Shown here: positions 1 through 10,816 of the stretch, piece by piece
Position numbering within the stretch: the first letter of the stretch is position 1
How the letters are laid out: each line of letters starts with the position of its first letter
Origin: a virus
Lineage: Duplodnaviria; Heunggongvirae; Uroviricota; Caudoviricetes
Reading direction: 5' to 3' (one strand)
Length of the DNA: 64,000 nucleotides
Virus record (IMG/VR): IMGVR_UViG_3300037424_001372
Span: 1-64,000 of that record
Notes under the pieces: model-generated
Told to the model about the DNA's origin: nothing
The model's database searches: none
What the model saw: only the letters and a program-made list of their open reading frames with translations
Program-made: the position numbers and the translations under genes

Positions 1-82
1 TCATTGGTACATTGTATTAATTGGTTATATTTATAATACGAAAACCCCTTGCGATTGTTACAAGGGGTTTTAATTTAAATCA

Positions 83-544
83 TTACAATATATACTCATC
101 AGCAAAAGAAAAATACTCATACTCAGGTGTGACTACAATTGAATCCAATAAAGTCAATTCAATTGCTTCACAAGCTACTTTTAACTTCTTACTCATATTC
201 TTATCTGCTTCACTTGGGAATTTGATGCCACTTGGATGGTTGTGCATCAAAATTATTGACTGTGCCCCACAATTCAATGCAGTAACCAAAATCATTTTAA
301 TATCGACCATACAACCAACAGAACCACCAGTAGTATGGCGCATCCACCCCAAAGTATTATTGGCCCTATTGAGGAAAATAACAATCACTTCCTCATTGAT
401 TTCAATAGTATCCGTATTGAACATTGTTTTGGCTATCTCAACAATATCCTTGCTACCTGTGACTTTAATCTTTTGTACATTGCCCGATTTGTATTTCAAA
501 GTTATCTCGGGTAACATAGCTTTATAAGTTTTTGGTGTGCTCAT
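83..544 (-). CDS. radC: RadC-like JAB/MPN domain protein
   Basis: HNHPSG..PSEAD motif. Start moved to ATG 544 because a GTAAC-N16-CGTA promoter lies at 574-598. Confidence 0.85.
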   Translation of the reverse strand: MSTPKTYKAMLPEITLKYKSGNVQKIKVTGSKDIVEIAKTMFNTDTIEINEEVIVIFLNRANNTLGWMRHTTGGSVGCMVDIKMILVTALNCGAQSIILMHNHPSGIKFPSEADKNMSKKLKVACEAIELTLLDSIVVTPEYEYFSFADEYIL

Positions 545-602
545 GGTGTTTTTTAATTGGTTTCTGATTATTATACGAATCTTATTTAAAAATGTTACAC
601 TA

Positions 603-833
603 TTAACACACATAGTTTAACATTCTTTTTTCATACTCATTAATTTGCTCCATTGATAACCATGCTGGTTTTCTGTTAAGTACATTCCAAAGTCTTTTCA
701 TTTCTACGATATGATTTTCAACACTATCAGCCCATAAACATTTTACAGAACGATTGCCATAACCTAAAAAATATTCACAATCCGATTGTAATCTGCTTAA
801 CATCATATATTGAAACTGTTGTGGATTTGTCAT
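603..833 (-). CDS. LPD11-like (large polyvalent protein-associated domain) protein
   Basis: YMMLSRLQSDCEYFLGYG..LWA..KPAWLS pattern, recognised from memory. Confidence 0.7.
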   Translation of the reverse strand: MTNPQQFQYMMLSRLQSDCEYFLGYGNRSVKCLWADSVENHIVEMKRLWNVLNRKPAWLSMEQINEYEKRMLNYVC

Positions 834-909
834 TGTAGTGGATTTAATTGATTTTAAGCCTGTTTTAAGCTATTATTTTGAACATTGGTTATTGGACATT
901 AACAGGGCC

Positions 910-1596
910 TTATTGCCCTATTTGTGCCATTACTGGGGCCAATTTGTCTTGCAACATTGTCCTAACCCTGTTTATCATTACCTTTACATTTGACATTGAA
1001 ATATCCATAATTTCGGCAATCTCATTGTATTTCTTTTGTTCAATAAAGAACAATATTGCTATCTGTTTGTATCGTGGTTTCAAACCAGACATTGCAACAT
1101 GAACAGCATTTGAAATTTCATCGTTTTCAATTTGATTCGTATTATTTTCATCCTCAAATTGAAAAAATTCTTTGCCCGTTTCAGCATCCGCAAACATACC
1201 AACATTCACATATCTGTCAGAATGATTGGTACGGTAAGAATCAATAACGATATTCTTTGCAATATGATATAACCATGTCGTAATTTTACCAATATTCACA
1301 TCATAATTTTCAAGGTGCCTCTGAGCTTTTAAAAATACGTCATTGCACAATTCCTCAGCAATTTCAGATTTGTTGCCCACACGTGTATATATGAAGTAAT
1401 AAATTTGTTGATAGTGCTTTTTATAAATGGTTGTTATATCAACAAACCTAAAACCGTTTTTTTCAACATTCCAAGCCTGTTTAAGGCATTCGGACCATGT
1501 GTATGTATTATTCTCCATTCTGATAAATTTCCAAGCGTTTTTTAATACTGTTGATTTATTATACTTTTTTGCGGTGGTGGTGTTGGTGGTTGTCAT
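910..1596 (-). CDS. Phage-encoded ECF-type sigma-70 factor with N-terminal extension
   Basis: Region 2 (AEELCNDVFLK, TTWLYHIAKNIVID) and region 4 (YNEIAEIMDISMSNVKVMINR). Confidence 0.9.
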   Translation of the reverse strand: MTTTNTTTAKKYNKSTVLKNAWKFIRMENNTYTWSECLKQAWNVEKNGFRFVDITTIYKKHYQQIYYFIYTRVGNKSEIAEELCNDVFLKAQRHLENYDVNIGKITTWLYHIAKNIVIDSYRTNHSDRYVNVGMFADAETGKEFFQFEDENNTNQIENDEISNAVHVAMSGLKPRYKQIAILFFIEQKKYNEIAEIMDISMSNVKVMINRVRTMLQDKLAPVMAQIGQ

Positions 1597-1628
1597 GGTA
1601 ATGTGTTTTAATTGGTTTTGATTTCTTT

Positions 1629-1653
1629 TACGTCTATGTTATAAAAAGGTTTC
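1629..1653 (-). promoter_or_regulatory. ECF-type promoter GAAAC-N16-CGTA upstream of the ECF sigma gene
   Basis: One of nine identically spaced GWAAC-N16-CGTA motifs placed before genes. Confidence 0.75.
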
Positions 1654-1825
1654 GTTTTTAATTAAAAATCATACTATTTGTAATCATTCTAAATAAGGTC
1701 CTCACCTCGTTGTCTTGTCCGTTCTTTCATTATAATATTACAAAAAGGTTTTAATACCCCAAAATTATTTCATTATTTATAATTATTCTAAATAAGAAAA
1801 TAATTTAATCCTTTTGATTAAAAAC

Positions 1826-1850
1826 GAAACCTTTTCAATTCCCCATCGTA
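1826..1850 (+). promoter_or_regulatory. ECF-type promoter GAAAC-N16-CGTA
   Basis: Divergent copy upstream of ORF 1894. Confidence 0.7.
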
Positions 1851-1893
1851 TAACAACACATAAAACATTCACAAACCAATTAAATTCATAGCC

Positions 1894-2460
1894 ATGAACG
1901 CAAAAGAATTTTTCGAAAACTTTTCTAATTTTGGGGTTCAATTCATCAGTATTAAAAGCTATTTAGCTAAAACAACTGGTGAACTTGCCAACTATACCAT
2001 AAACGTGGGGTTATCTGTTGAAAATGCCAAAGAAAACGACCTGAAAAAATTACAAGGTTGTTCACTCGATGACCTTACCAAACTAAGCACAAAAACAGGC
2101 ATATCAATCGAAATTTGCCAAACCGCCCTTTCTGAACTTATCGCAAGTGCAGAAAAAAACCTCAATCCTGACATTACAAAAAGGTCAGCAGGTAGCCAAG
2201 CTCAAACAGATGCATATCTACAATTATGTAAAGGCATTAGAATGCATAAAGAAACAATGCAAATTTTCATCTTTGGGCAACATATCAGCAAACAAGTTAT
2301 ACAAAAAGGTGAATATAAAACCGTCAACAGTAGTGACAAAACTTTGGCCAAAAATGCCATCAAAAAATACTTAAACCTTACGACTGACAAATTCAGGGAA
2401 TTTACTTTATCAAACATAAGCGAGGTAAAAATCCAAGGCAAAGCAATTATATTTGCTTAA
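1894..2460 (+). CDS. hypothetical phage protein
   Basis: 188-aa ORF with promoter and downstream hairpin. Confidence 0.75.
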   Translation: MNAKEFFENFSNFGVQFISIKSYLAKTTGELANYTINVGLSVENAKENDLKKLQGCSLDDLTKLSTKTGISIEICQTALSELIASAEKNLNPDITKRSAGSQAQTDAYLQLCKGIRMHKETMQIFIFGQHISKQVIQKGEYKTVNSSDKTLAKNAIKKYLNLTTDKFREFTLSNISEVKIQGKAIIFA

Positions 2461-2479
2461 CATAAACTAAGTGTATAAT

Positions 2480-2504
2480 AAAGTGGTCAATTTTGACCAC
2501 TTTT
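2480..2504 (+). terminator. intrinsic terminator
   Basis: aaagtggtca-att-ttgaccactttt hairpin with T tract. Confidence 0.7.
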
Positions 2505-2649
2505 GTTTATGTTATTATCCTTTTCTATTTATCATAAACCAAAAGCGATTTTAAGCCTGTTTTTTAAGGTCATTTGTTATTCCAGTGGGTTGATATGGTT
2601 TAAAGATACTAATTAAAATTAGATAGGCGTGTGTTTTAAATAAGGAGTA

Positions 2650-2860
2650 TGTGGGGTATCCCCGGGGTATGGACCCCCCCTCCCTCCCCACCTTTTAGGG
2701 GGCGGGGTGCTACATGCCCAATTTCGCCAAGTCAAAAAAATCCCCCAAAAAAATTTTTATTGGTCTAAAAAGTGTTTTCCTATGGGGTTTAAAAGAGACT
2801 AAAAATCGAAAGTCAAAAAAATTTTCAAAAAAAAAAATATGACCCCCAAAAAAAAGAATA
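2650..2860. other. GC-rich G/C-run island followed by A-tracts (candidate terminus, pac site or origin)
   Basis: Non-coding G/C homopolymer runs in an otherwise very AT-rich window. Confidence 0.4.
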
Positions 2861-3228
2861 AATATGTTATCATTTAAAGTTCGTCACACCTACCGCACAA
2901 TATCTCTGAGTTAGGCTCCATTTACATAACAGTATACAAATATCTTTAGTTTTCTAATTTCTAAATGAAAATCAACATCTCTCCAACTCCAATATTGTTT
3001 TTTCTTTTTCCAATTATCGAAAACTAATTCAGCATATTCACCATACTCTTTTTGCCAATAAATTTTAACATAAAAACATATTATAACAATTTGTAAAATC
3101 CATTGCTTCTATTCCACATATGTTGTTTTGTTTTATTTTGTTTTAATTTGTATCATTGTGCATTTAATTAACATATTGCTAAATTGATAATTCACGACAT
3201 ATCTTACATGAAGCAGTTAGTAACAAGG

Positions 3229-3615
3229 CTATTCCCCAGCTTTTTTAACAAGTTCGGGGTTTTGATAGATTGTTCCAATTATCCTATAAATATCAGTGTG
3301 TTGTGGAAATCTTCGAGTAAATATTCCTAGATCATCTCCTAATCTATTAGCATGGACAAGAGTGAAATTATTACCATCAAAAAGAACCTCATAGTTACAA
3401 CCTTTTTCAGACAATGCTTTGAGTTGTACATTCACAATATCTCCCTGACATATCAAATTTTCATTCACATCCTCAGTTGCGCTGTATTGCATAATTTCCA
3501 AATTATGCCACTGTATTTGTCCAGCAAAATGTTCCATATCAGTAAATGAGAAATCTTGCATTCTTTCGACAATTCGGTTCCATGCTCTGAATTTAAATTG
3601 GTTTTGGTTTTTCAT
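3229..3615 (-). CDS. YopX family protein
   Basis: KFRAW..IMQY..GDIV..IIGTIYQNPEL. Confidence 0.85.
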   Translation of the reverse strand: MKNQNQFKFRAWNRIVERMQDFSFTDMEHFAGQIQWHNLEIMQYSATEDVNENLICQGDIVNVQLKALSEKGCNYEVLFDGNNFTLVHANRLGDDLGIFTRRFPQHTDIYRIIGTIYQNPELVKKAGE

Positions 3616-3740
3616 AATTTGACAAGTTTTTATTTAAACGAAGATGTGATAGATTTTGTTACCGTTATTATGGGGAACAATAGTAGATATGAACAATTAT
3701 TAATTGTATTATGATATTTATTGTCCATGTTAGTGGCAAT

Positions 3741-4073
3741 TTAAGAAATAAACCATAATTTGGCACTATTACTTAGATATTGTTTGTTAATATATTTTGC
3801 ACATTCTACAGCATCCTTTCGAGTTAAGAAAACTAAATCATCATTTGGATGCGTTTTAATATCGTGCCTAAAATGAAATCCTAAATCCTCGAAGTTTATA
3901 TCATAATACTTTGCAGGTTTATAGTTCTCGTAATTGTCAGCTATCTCAGCCCTCCAACCCTTTGCCCTGTCATTCCATTTCATGATTGTGATTGGAATTT
4001 TACGATATTTAGGAACATAAAAACTGCCACCAACATTATGTTTATGCAATTTGGGTTTTTGTGGTATATTCAT
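3741..4073 (-). CDS. hypothetical protein (N-terminus overlaps attC-like repeat)
   Basis: ORF track. Confidence 0.55.
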   Translation of the reverse strand: MNIPQKPKLHKHNVGGSFYVPKYRKIPITIMKWNDRAKGWRAEIADNYENYKPAKYYDINFEDLGFHFRHDIKTHPNDDLVFLTRKDAVECAKYINKQYLSNSAKLWFIS

Positions 4074-4162
4074 CTATATTGCAATTTATTAAGTTTCTAC
4101 TATTTTGACAGCACAGTTTTCTAATCCCCCGACTGCACAAACATTTAACGTTAATAGTAATA
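4022..4162 (-). repeat. attC-like imperfect inverted repeat
   Basis: CTATTAAC..TGTTTGTGCAGTCGGG / CCCAAATTGCATAAACA..GTTGGTGG immediately after a stop codon. Confidence 0.45.
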
Positions 4163-4163
4163 A

Positions 4164-5030
4164 TTATTCATATCTCATATTAATGGGTTGCAATTTCTTT
4201 TCGCCGTACGTTAAATTAAATCTTTTATCATGTCTATTGCCCGAACATAATTTATTAACACGGCTATTATCAATATTTAAAACGAATGCTGCATGATGGG
4301 TGTTATCGAATTTTTGTAATATTCGACCATTGTTATCATATTGTATGACGGTATAACGACTACTATGGGTTAACGGTTTATAATGTTTTTGTCTTTTATC
4401 TTTTTCTTGTTTTAAAATAACATCAATATGAATTCTTGTTGGAATCGTATTGAAATTATTTATTAAGTCAGTTTCTTTAAACCAATATGAATTTAATTTA
4501 AAATGCGATTTAAATGAATTAATTTTATTATTTTTAATTGCTTGATAAATTTTAGACTTAGCACTTCCATTAACGACTTTATAATCATTAAAAACGTTAA
4601 CACCAATTTCTCTGGCACTATTCCATATTTTTACTAAATGGCCGTTAACATCATATTGACAAATTCTTATATATTTACTTTCGGACAGTCTTTGCAAGGT
4701 ATTTGCATCACGTTGTTTACCTGTCCAATATTCTGGACCTCGTTTACCATCAAGCATCCACTGTGCATTTTTCAACGGATGTTGTTCGTTATATTTTTTA
4801 ATCACCTCATGGAATTTCACATCATACCATTTATCGGAATCTACTTCATGAAGTTTTTCGATATTAACGTTATCATTATTAAAAATAGACGATATTTTTT
4901 CATTATGATATGCAACAACAAGGTGTGATTTATTTATTACACCTTGTTTATTTTGTTTAATGGTTTTTCCAATATAATGATATTCGCCATTGGATTTAAT
5001 TCCATATATAATAGCCTTATCTGTTTCCAT
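4164..5030 (-). CDS. GIY-YIG-like homing endonuclease with NUMOD1-type domains
   Basis: IYGI..YHYIGKT plus two (I/V)xQYDxNG..(WNS/FDN) repeats. Confidence 0.7.
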   Translation of the reverse strand: METDKAIIYGIKSNGEYHYIGKTIKQNKQGVINKSHLVVAYHNEKISSIFNNDNVNIEKLHEVDSDKWYDVKFHEVIKKYNEQHPLKNAQWMLDGKRGPEYWTGKQRDANTLQRLSESKYIRICQYDVNGHLVKIWNSAREIGVNVFNDYKVVNGSAKSKIYQAIKNNKINSFKSHFKLNSYWFKETDLINNFNTIPTRIHIDVILKQEKDKRQKHYKPLTHSSRYTVIQYDNNGRILQKFDNTHHAAFVLNIDNSRVNKLCSGNRHDKRFNLTYGEKKLQPINMRYE

Positions 5031-5353
5031 TATAAATTCTTATCTAGTTTTTGATTATTACTTATTTCCTTTAAGTGTTTTAACATACTGCATTCACATT
5101 TTTCAAAAGTCACCCCGCTACCGAAAGAACCACCATAATAATGTTCACCATTACAAATTGGACAATCAGGGTTTATAGCAAGGTCTTTTTGAAGAGAGTT
5201 TATATTAAGTATAATAGATTGATTTTTAGCATTATTAAGTATGCTTATATCATCTAAAAGTTCGTAGATATCATCTAATTTATCTTCAGATATATTATAA
5301 CTATCGAGCAATCTTTTTAGTTGGTTTATTTTATATTTAATAAAATTATTCAT
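5030..5353 (-). CDS. hypothetical protein with Zn-ribbon (CPIC..CEC)
   Basis: ORF track. Confidence 0.6.
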   Translation of the reverse strand: MNNFIKYKINQLKRLLDSYNISEDKLDDIYELLDDISILNNAKNQSIILNINSLQKDLAINPDCPICNGEHYYGGSFGSGVTFEKCECSMLKHLKEISNNQKLDKNL

Positions 5354-5534
5354 AATTTAATTACTTTAATAAAAAATAATGTATGTTTTGAAAATTGTTG
5401 ATATTATATTAATTTCATTTTTTTAAAAAATTATCGTGTAAATATAATAAAAAAATAAATAACCTACAAACAAATGGCAAAAAAAAAGGATGTTCATAAT
5501 CGAACATCCTTAATCACAAAAATTTTACACCTTT

Positions 5535-6458
5535 TTATTGATCAATAGATTCATTTAATTTATTGTTTATAATCTGAGCATCCTCATTTATTTTTATTAC
5601 TAACGAATTTTCATATTGTTTTTCGATGACAGAATTACCATACATTTCTTCAATAACAGAATTGTCGTGCATTTCCAAGACCTTTGAATCTTCGTCCATA
5701 TAATTAACTTTTGAATTTTCGAACATTTTTTCGACTAAAGACCATTCCCACATTTCTTCAATAACAGAATGGTCGTGCATTTCAGATACTTTTGACATGT
5801 GCCTTAATCTATCTGCTTGTGATTCGTTATGCATTGCTTCGATATTAGCGTCACCTTTAAGGTTACCGATTCTTGAATGGTCGTGCATTTCGATTACTTT
5901 TGCTCTACCATACATTTTAATAATTTTAGAATAGTTTTTCATTTTATTGACTTTAGCTATTCCGGACATATTAACAATATTACTATTATCGCACATCTCA
6001 TCAATAACGGCACTATCTGTCATTATTTTAATTTCGGAATTTTTATCAAGTCGTTTAATATTGCTATTATTATACATACCAAATACAACCGAATGTTTCA
6101 CCTCATCGATCACACAATTTTTGGTTAATATAACCCCCTCATGTAAAATTAATTTCTTTCTTGATTTAATGATCATTGATTCAATAATTTTTTCTAATTT
6201 TACAATTGTTTGTCTTTTAAAATTATCAGTAAACCAGTCTGGATAATACGAGCCCGAATTTATTAATGTATAATTATTGATGTCATCGAGTCTTGAATTA
6301 ATGTTTGGTGAAAATATTGCACAAAAATAATTATTTTCTTTAATATCAATAGGTGTTAAATATTTATTAATTAAATCCTTATGTGATGAAGCAAATATAT
6401 CGTGAATAATATTTCCATTATTTTTTATTATTATCAAATAAAAATCATTCATTATCAT
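5535..6458 (-). CDS. 9-residue repeat (beta-solenoid-like) protein
   Basis: Tandem EMHDHSVIE-like 9-mers; late motif upstream at about 6469. Confidence 0.7.
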   Translation of the reverse strand: MIMNDFYLIIIKNNGNIIHDIFASSHKDLINKYLTPIDIKENNYFCAIFSPNINSRLDDINNYTLINSGSYYPDWFTDNFKRQTIVKLEKIIESMIIKSRKKLILHEGVILTKNCVIDEVKHSVVFGMYNNSNIKRLDKNSEIKIMTDSAVIDEMCDNSNIVNMSGIAKVNKMKNYSKIIKMYGRAKVIEMHDHSRIGNLKGDANIEAMHNESQADRLRHMSKVSEMHDHSVIEEMWEWSLVEKMFENSKVNYMDEDSKVLEMHDNSVIEEMYGNSVIEKQYENSLVIKINEDAQIINNKLNESIDQ

Positions 6459-6541
6459 ACTTTTATCAATAAATACTAATTAAAATAATTTTCAAAATTC
6501 TTGATAAATAAGGAAAGTATTATTATCTTGTAGCATTAATT

Positions 6542-6889
6542 TTGGATTTTAATATGATTAAATCAGATAATGGAAATGATAATGCGTTTGCGATTGATTC
6601 TGCTATTAGTTATAAGTTAGGCAGTAGGGAAGAAATTAAATTGTATGAACAAATTGGTGTCGCACTTAATTTAATTAAAGATGATTTCGAAATAGTTGAT
6701 AGCTGTATAGGTGATACAGGAATTGAATTTGGGATAACAACTAAATTTCCACATAAATTACCTGATGATATCGGTATATTGTTTTTCTCTATTAGTCACA
6801 ATTTCAATGTAGTTGTTAAAGAAACAAGTGATTATGTATATGATTTGAAAAGATATTTCAAAATCTTAATAAGAGAACGTAACAAATAG
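6542..6889 (+). CDS. hypothetical protein
   Basis: ORF track; TATCTTG promoter-like motif upstream. Confidence 0.55.
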   Translation: MDFNMIKSDNGNDNAFAIDSAISYKLGSREEIKLYEQIGVALNLIKDDFEIVDSCIGDTGIEFGITTKFPHKLPDDIGILFFSISHNFNVVVKETSDYVYDLKRYFKILIRERNK

Positions 6890-7722
6890 AATTTGTTATT
6901 GTATTATTTGCACGTTCAAACGAGAATAAAATGAATTAAAATATAAAAACTTTGTTTAAAAATATTTAATAAAGTGTCCAAAATAAAAGCCTTAACCTGT
7001 AACGATTAAGGCTTTTATTTTGTGGTTGATTATCGATTATTTTCTTTTTATTAATGATAGCATATCAGGTACATGTATTGTAATATCTTCAATTAATGAA
7101 TAATTTTTATCAAAAAATGCTATAATTTTTAAACAATCACTACCTTTATCAAAATTCCATCTGACAAAATAACAAGTATTTGTTATAAACAAAATAGTTA
7201 CAATTGTCAATGAACTAGGAGTTATATTATTATGTTTATTCCTTTCGACAATATATGTATTTCCTTTTTTATATATCATATTTATTAATCAATAAATCCA
7301 ATTATTTCTATGGTAGTTTGGTCACAAAGCATCTTTAATGTTTCACCATTTTCCTCGATATAAACAACAGTTTTTTTGTTAATTAATTTATCTTTGTGAT
7401 ATGTTCTACCAACTTTACCAGTTTTAGTTTTAACTAAATATCCAGAATTTTTACTCATGGTTTAATTATTTTTTTTACATACAACAGTAATATTCATTTT
7501 ATAAAAACTCTTTATTTTTTCATTATAATAAATAATTTGCCAACCATCAGTTGTTAGTTTATCAAAAAATATTTGTATATCTTCTTCACCATTAACATCG
7601 ATCATAATCCTTTTATATTTTTCCATATTGTTAATTTAACATACAAATATATGGGGATTTTGCTTCAAAAGCAATATTTTTTAGTATTTATATTAAACTA
7701 ATTTAATTTAAATATATTAAAA

Positions 7723-7902
7723 ATGGCTAAAATAAAAACAAAAAAAGAAAGAAATGTTGAAATCTTAGAACGAAGGGTTTCTGAAGAAGATAGATTAATT
7801 GCTGCATGGACTAAGTATGGTATTTCTGAGAAAAAAATAAATGATCTTAAAGAAAAAAAGAATAGACATGCTACAGAATTAACTGTTTGGAAAAATTCAT
7901 AA
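7723..7902 (+). CDS. small hypothetical protein (59 aa, not in ORF track)
   Basis: MAKIKTKKERNVEIL..; GTATTTATA motif at 7684. Confidence 0.55.
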   Translation: MAKIKTKKERNVEILERRVSEEDRLIAAWTKYGISEKKINDLKEKKNRHATELTVWKNS

Positions 7903-7906
7903 TATC

Positions 7907-8071
7907 ATGAGTAAGAATAAAGATGTTCTTAATTTAGAACATAAAATAATTGAAATTGAAAATAAAATTATAAAATTAAAAAATGTTGTTAATACTAATA
8001 AACAAGTAAACAATTTAAAAATTGAACTTTTAAAGTATCAAACTGCATTAGAAGAGCTACAATTCTCATAA
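7907..8071 (+). CDS. small coiled-coil protein (54 aa, not in ORF track)
   Basis: MSKNKDVLNLEHK..; follows previous ORF by 4 nt. Confidence 0.5.
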   Translation: MSKNKDVLNLEHKIIEIENKIIKLKNVVNTNKQVNNLKIELLKYQTALEELQFS

Positions 8072-8092
8072 TAAAATAAAAAAATCGATAGA

Positions 8093-8563
8093 TTAACTAT
8101 CGATTTTTTTATTTAAATAAGCACTTATGAATCTACGATCTCTATAATATTCCCCAGACCAAATATCCATAGTTTCAATAAATTGTTTATGCCCATTATT
8201 CCAATATGGAATAATATCATTAATCAAATTAATAATATCTTCTTCAGTATTGATTTTATTAGCAAAAAATAAATCTTTAATAACCACCATTATCCAAGTG
8301 CACAAATCTTTATCTAATTCATTATGATTGGTTCTAATCCATTCATAACTAAAATTTAGTGTGTAAACAAAAGTTTTTAAATGTAATTCATCTCTAAAAA
8401 CTTTTGTTGTAAAAGTTTCTAATATTGGAATAAATTTATTTTGGATAATCGTATAATTATCTAAAGGCATTGATAAAACCTTATCTCTTAAATTATTATT
8501 TATTAAATCTGTCATATGCTCTGGTTGTAATTTGACAAAGTTCAACATTATCAATAAATTCAT
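8093..8563 (-). CDS. hypothetical protein
   Basis: ORF track. Confidence 0.55.
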   Translation of the reverse strand: MNLLIMLNFVKLQPEHMTDLINNNLRDKVLSMPLDNYTIIQNKFIPILETFTTKVFRDELHLKTFVYTLNFSYEWIRTNHNELDKDLCTWIMVVIKDLFFANKINTEEDIINLINDIIPYWNNGHKQFIETMDIWSGEYYRDRRFISAYLNKKIDS

Positions 8564-8969
8564 CTAATGTTTTATATTAGAATAACTTATTGCATTACGT
8601 AAATAATGTTCAAAATTTTGAATCTAATTATGATGTTAATATTTAATCTCGCAACAGTAATCCATTGGTGCGGTATTGTTTATTTAAAACAACATCCTTA
8701 TATCTACTGGAAATGTATGTTTTACATTTAGGCATGATGATATCATCGAAATCATATTGTTGTTTTAAATTATTTATGTGTAACATAAAAAGGTGTGTAT
8801 TTTTCTTAAACCAATTGATTAAATGAATAAATCTTAAATCATAATACTTAAATCTTTATGACATGAGCAATAGGAATTTTGAACAATCTCATCGCTATCA
8901 TTATTTGTCATGTAAATTATATTAAATTAATTAGTAAAATACTTAATAACACACCTTTATGATAATTAT

Positions 8970-9446
8970 TTAAAGTTTTTCTTCAATCGGTTCATCACCA
9001 CCCCAAGGGATATCGGTATTGAAATTAAATTCATCGATTTCATCTTGGAGAGCATCGACTTTAAGTTGAAAGTCTGCAATAATATTATTACGTTTAGCCT
9101 CATCAAATTGAACTACGTAGTTTTTTATAACATTACTATAGCCACTAACTTCAGTACCTTCAGTAACACTGACTTCTTTCCAAAAAGAAATCAATGCTTT
9201 ATATTCTCCAATTAAGAATATTTTGGATTGTATCTCTCCATTAGCTTCATTAATAATATATTTTAATGAAGTAAGTGTTCCAATTTTCTTCAATAAATCG
9301 GCATATAAATTTTCAACACTGAAATTTTGACCATTTTTTGAACCTTCAAGGTATGAATTTTTATCTTTGATTTGTTGTTTTAATTTAGTTATTTCACCAA
9401 CCAAATTTTTCTTAAGTTTTAATGCTTTATATAATCTCATTTTCAA
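8970..9446 (-). CDS. DUF6847/DIP1984-like coiled-coil protein
   Basis: LYKALKLKK.L..EI and LQDEIDEFNFNT pattern. Confidence 0.55.
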   Translation of the reverse strand: MKMRLYKALKLKKNLVGEITKLKQQIKDKNSYLEGSKNGQNFSVENLYADLLKKIGTLTSLKYIINEANGEIQSKIFLIGEYKALISFWKEVSVTEGTEVSGYSNVIKNYVVQFDEAKRNNIIADFQLKVDALQDEIDEFNFNTDIPWGGDEPIEEKL

Positions 9447-9574
9447 ATTTTTAATAGGACAATGATATTAATATTATTTGACAAAAACAAGTATTATAAG
9501 TTTTTTTGTTCTAAAATTTTTATTGATCATCTATTTAATATATTGTAGATTCATCGTAATAATAAAATGTTGAT

Positions 9575-9907
9575 TTAAAAAATCTTGAATGATATTATTT
9601 CGTCAATAATTTCAGAATCACTAATTGACCAATTATCAAATTCATCAATACTCCCTAAAAATTCTTGTAATTTTAATAAATCTTCTTGATATGCTTCGTT
9701 TAACATCTCTTCTAAACTAGTGAAATCTAAACCAAAAACATATTCCTCTTCTTCATCATCATAATCATTATAAGAATTATCACAATACCCATTATCATTA
9801 GTATCATGTGACCAAATAATCACATTGCCATGTAGTTGCAATTCCCCGTTTAAACCATTTGACGAAAATTCATCTTGTAATACCTCATATAGTTCACTAA
9901 TATTCAT
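9575..9907 (-). CDS. acidic hypothetical protein
   Basis: ORF track. Confidence 0.6.
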   Translation of the reverse strand: MNISELYEVLQDEFSSNGLNGELQLHGNVIIWSHDTNDNGYCDNSYNDYDDEEEEYVFGLDFTSLEEMLNEAYQEDLLKLQEFLGSIDEFDNWSISDSEIIDEIISFKIF

Positions 9908-9987
9908 TGTTAATTAATTTATTGTTGAAATAATTTTTTCAATAAATAGAATGATAAGTGAAAAAAGGCTGTATTAATAAATATAAA

Positions 9988-10680
9988 TTAATTATTAGTT
10001 AATACTTTAACATTATTATCAAATAATTCGATATATATTGGAGGATTTACACATTCATATGCTTCATCAAGGTTACTTGCATTAATGAATGTAATTTCAT
10101 TAATATTTTTTACACCGTAACAATAATGAATATGGCCCATTACATTCATGATAGGTTTAATACGATTCATTATTTCATGATATAATGAAGGTGAACCAGT
10201 ATTAATTTTATCATATATACTCCAATCCATAATAGAATTCGGGGGTCCATGTGTTATTAACACATCGGTATCGTCTGGAATAAAACTCCAATGTTGTGCA
10301 AGTTTTTCTTCACTACGATTAAATGCCCAATTATGAAAAATTGGTTGTACTGGTGTTCCCCAAAATTTAATACCATCAATTTCAACACCATTATCTTGAA
10401 GATAGATAATGTTTTTTGGAATTAATTGTCTTGCCATAATTCCATTATATTCAAACATTTTATCATGATTACCTGCAATAAATATTTTGTGTTTAAATTG
10501 TTCCAAACCTGAAAACCATTTTACAAAATTACGAATTTCATGTTCTTTACCAATTGAACTAATATCACCACAATGAATAATTACATCGGCTTCAGGTAAT
10601 TTACCATCATCATAAAATTTTGTTAATTGTTTGTGTTTATTATGTGTATCTGAAATGATACAAATGGACATTTTTTTCAT
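9988..10680 (-). CDS. calcineurin-like metallophosphoesterase
   Basis: SDTH, HCGD, AGNHD, THGPP and GHIH motifs. Confidence 0.9.
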   Translation of the reverse strand: MKKMSICIISDTHNKHKQLTKFYDDGKLPEADVIIHCGDISSIGKEHEIRNFVKWFSGLEQFKHKIFIAGNHDKMFEYNGIMARQLIPKNIIYLQDNGVEIDGIKFWGTPVQPIFHNWAFNRSEEKLAQHWSFIPDDTDVLITHGPPNSIMDWSIYDKINTGSPSLYHEIMNRIKPIMNVMGHIHYCYGVKNINEITFINASNLDEAYECVNPPIYIELFDNNVKVLTNN

Positions 10681-10816
10681 AATTATTAGTATTTTTGTAT
10701 ATAATTTTATAAAGAATTAAAAACGTTGAGCAATTTTTATTACCAAGAATATCATATTTGTTTAAGAATTTAACTGATTCATTCTCAATATATTTGTTTA
10801 GATATGCTCAGATAAA

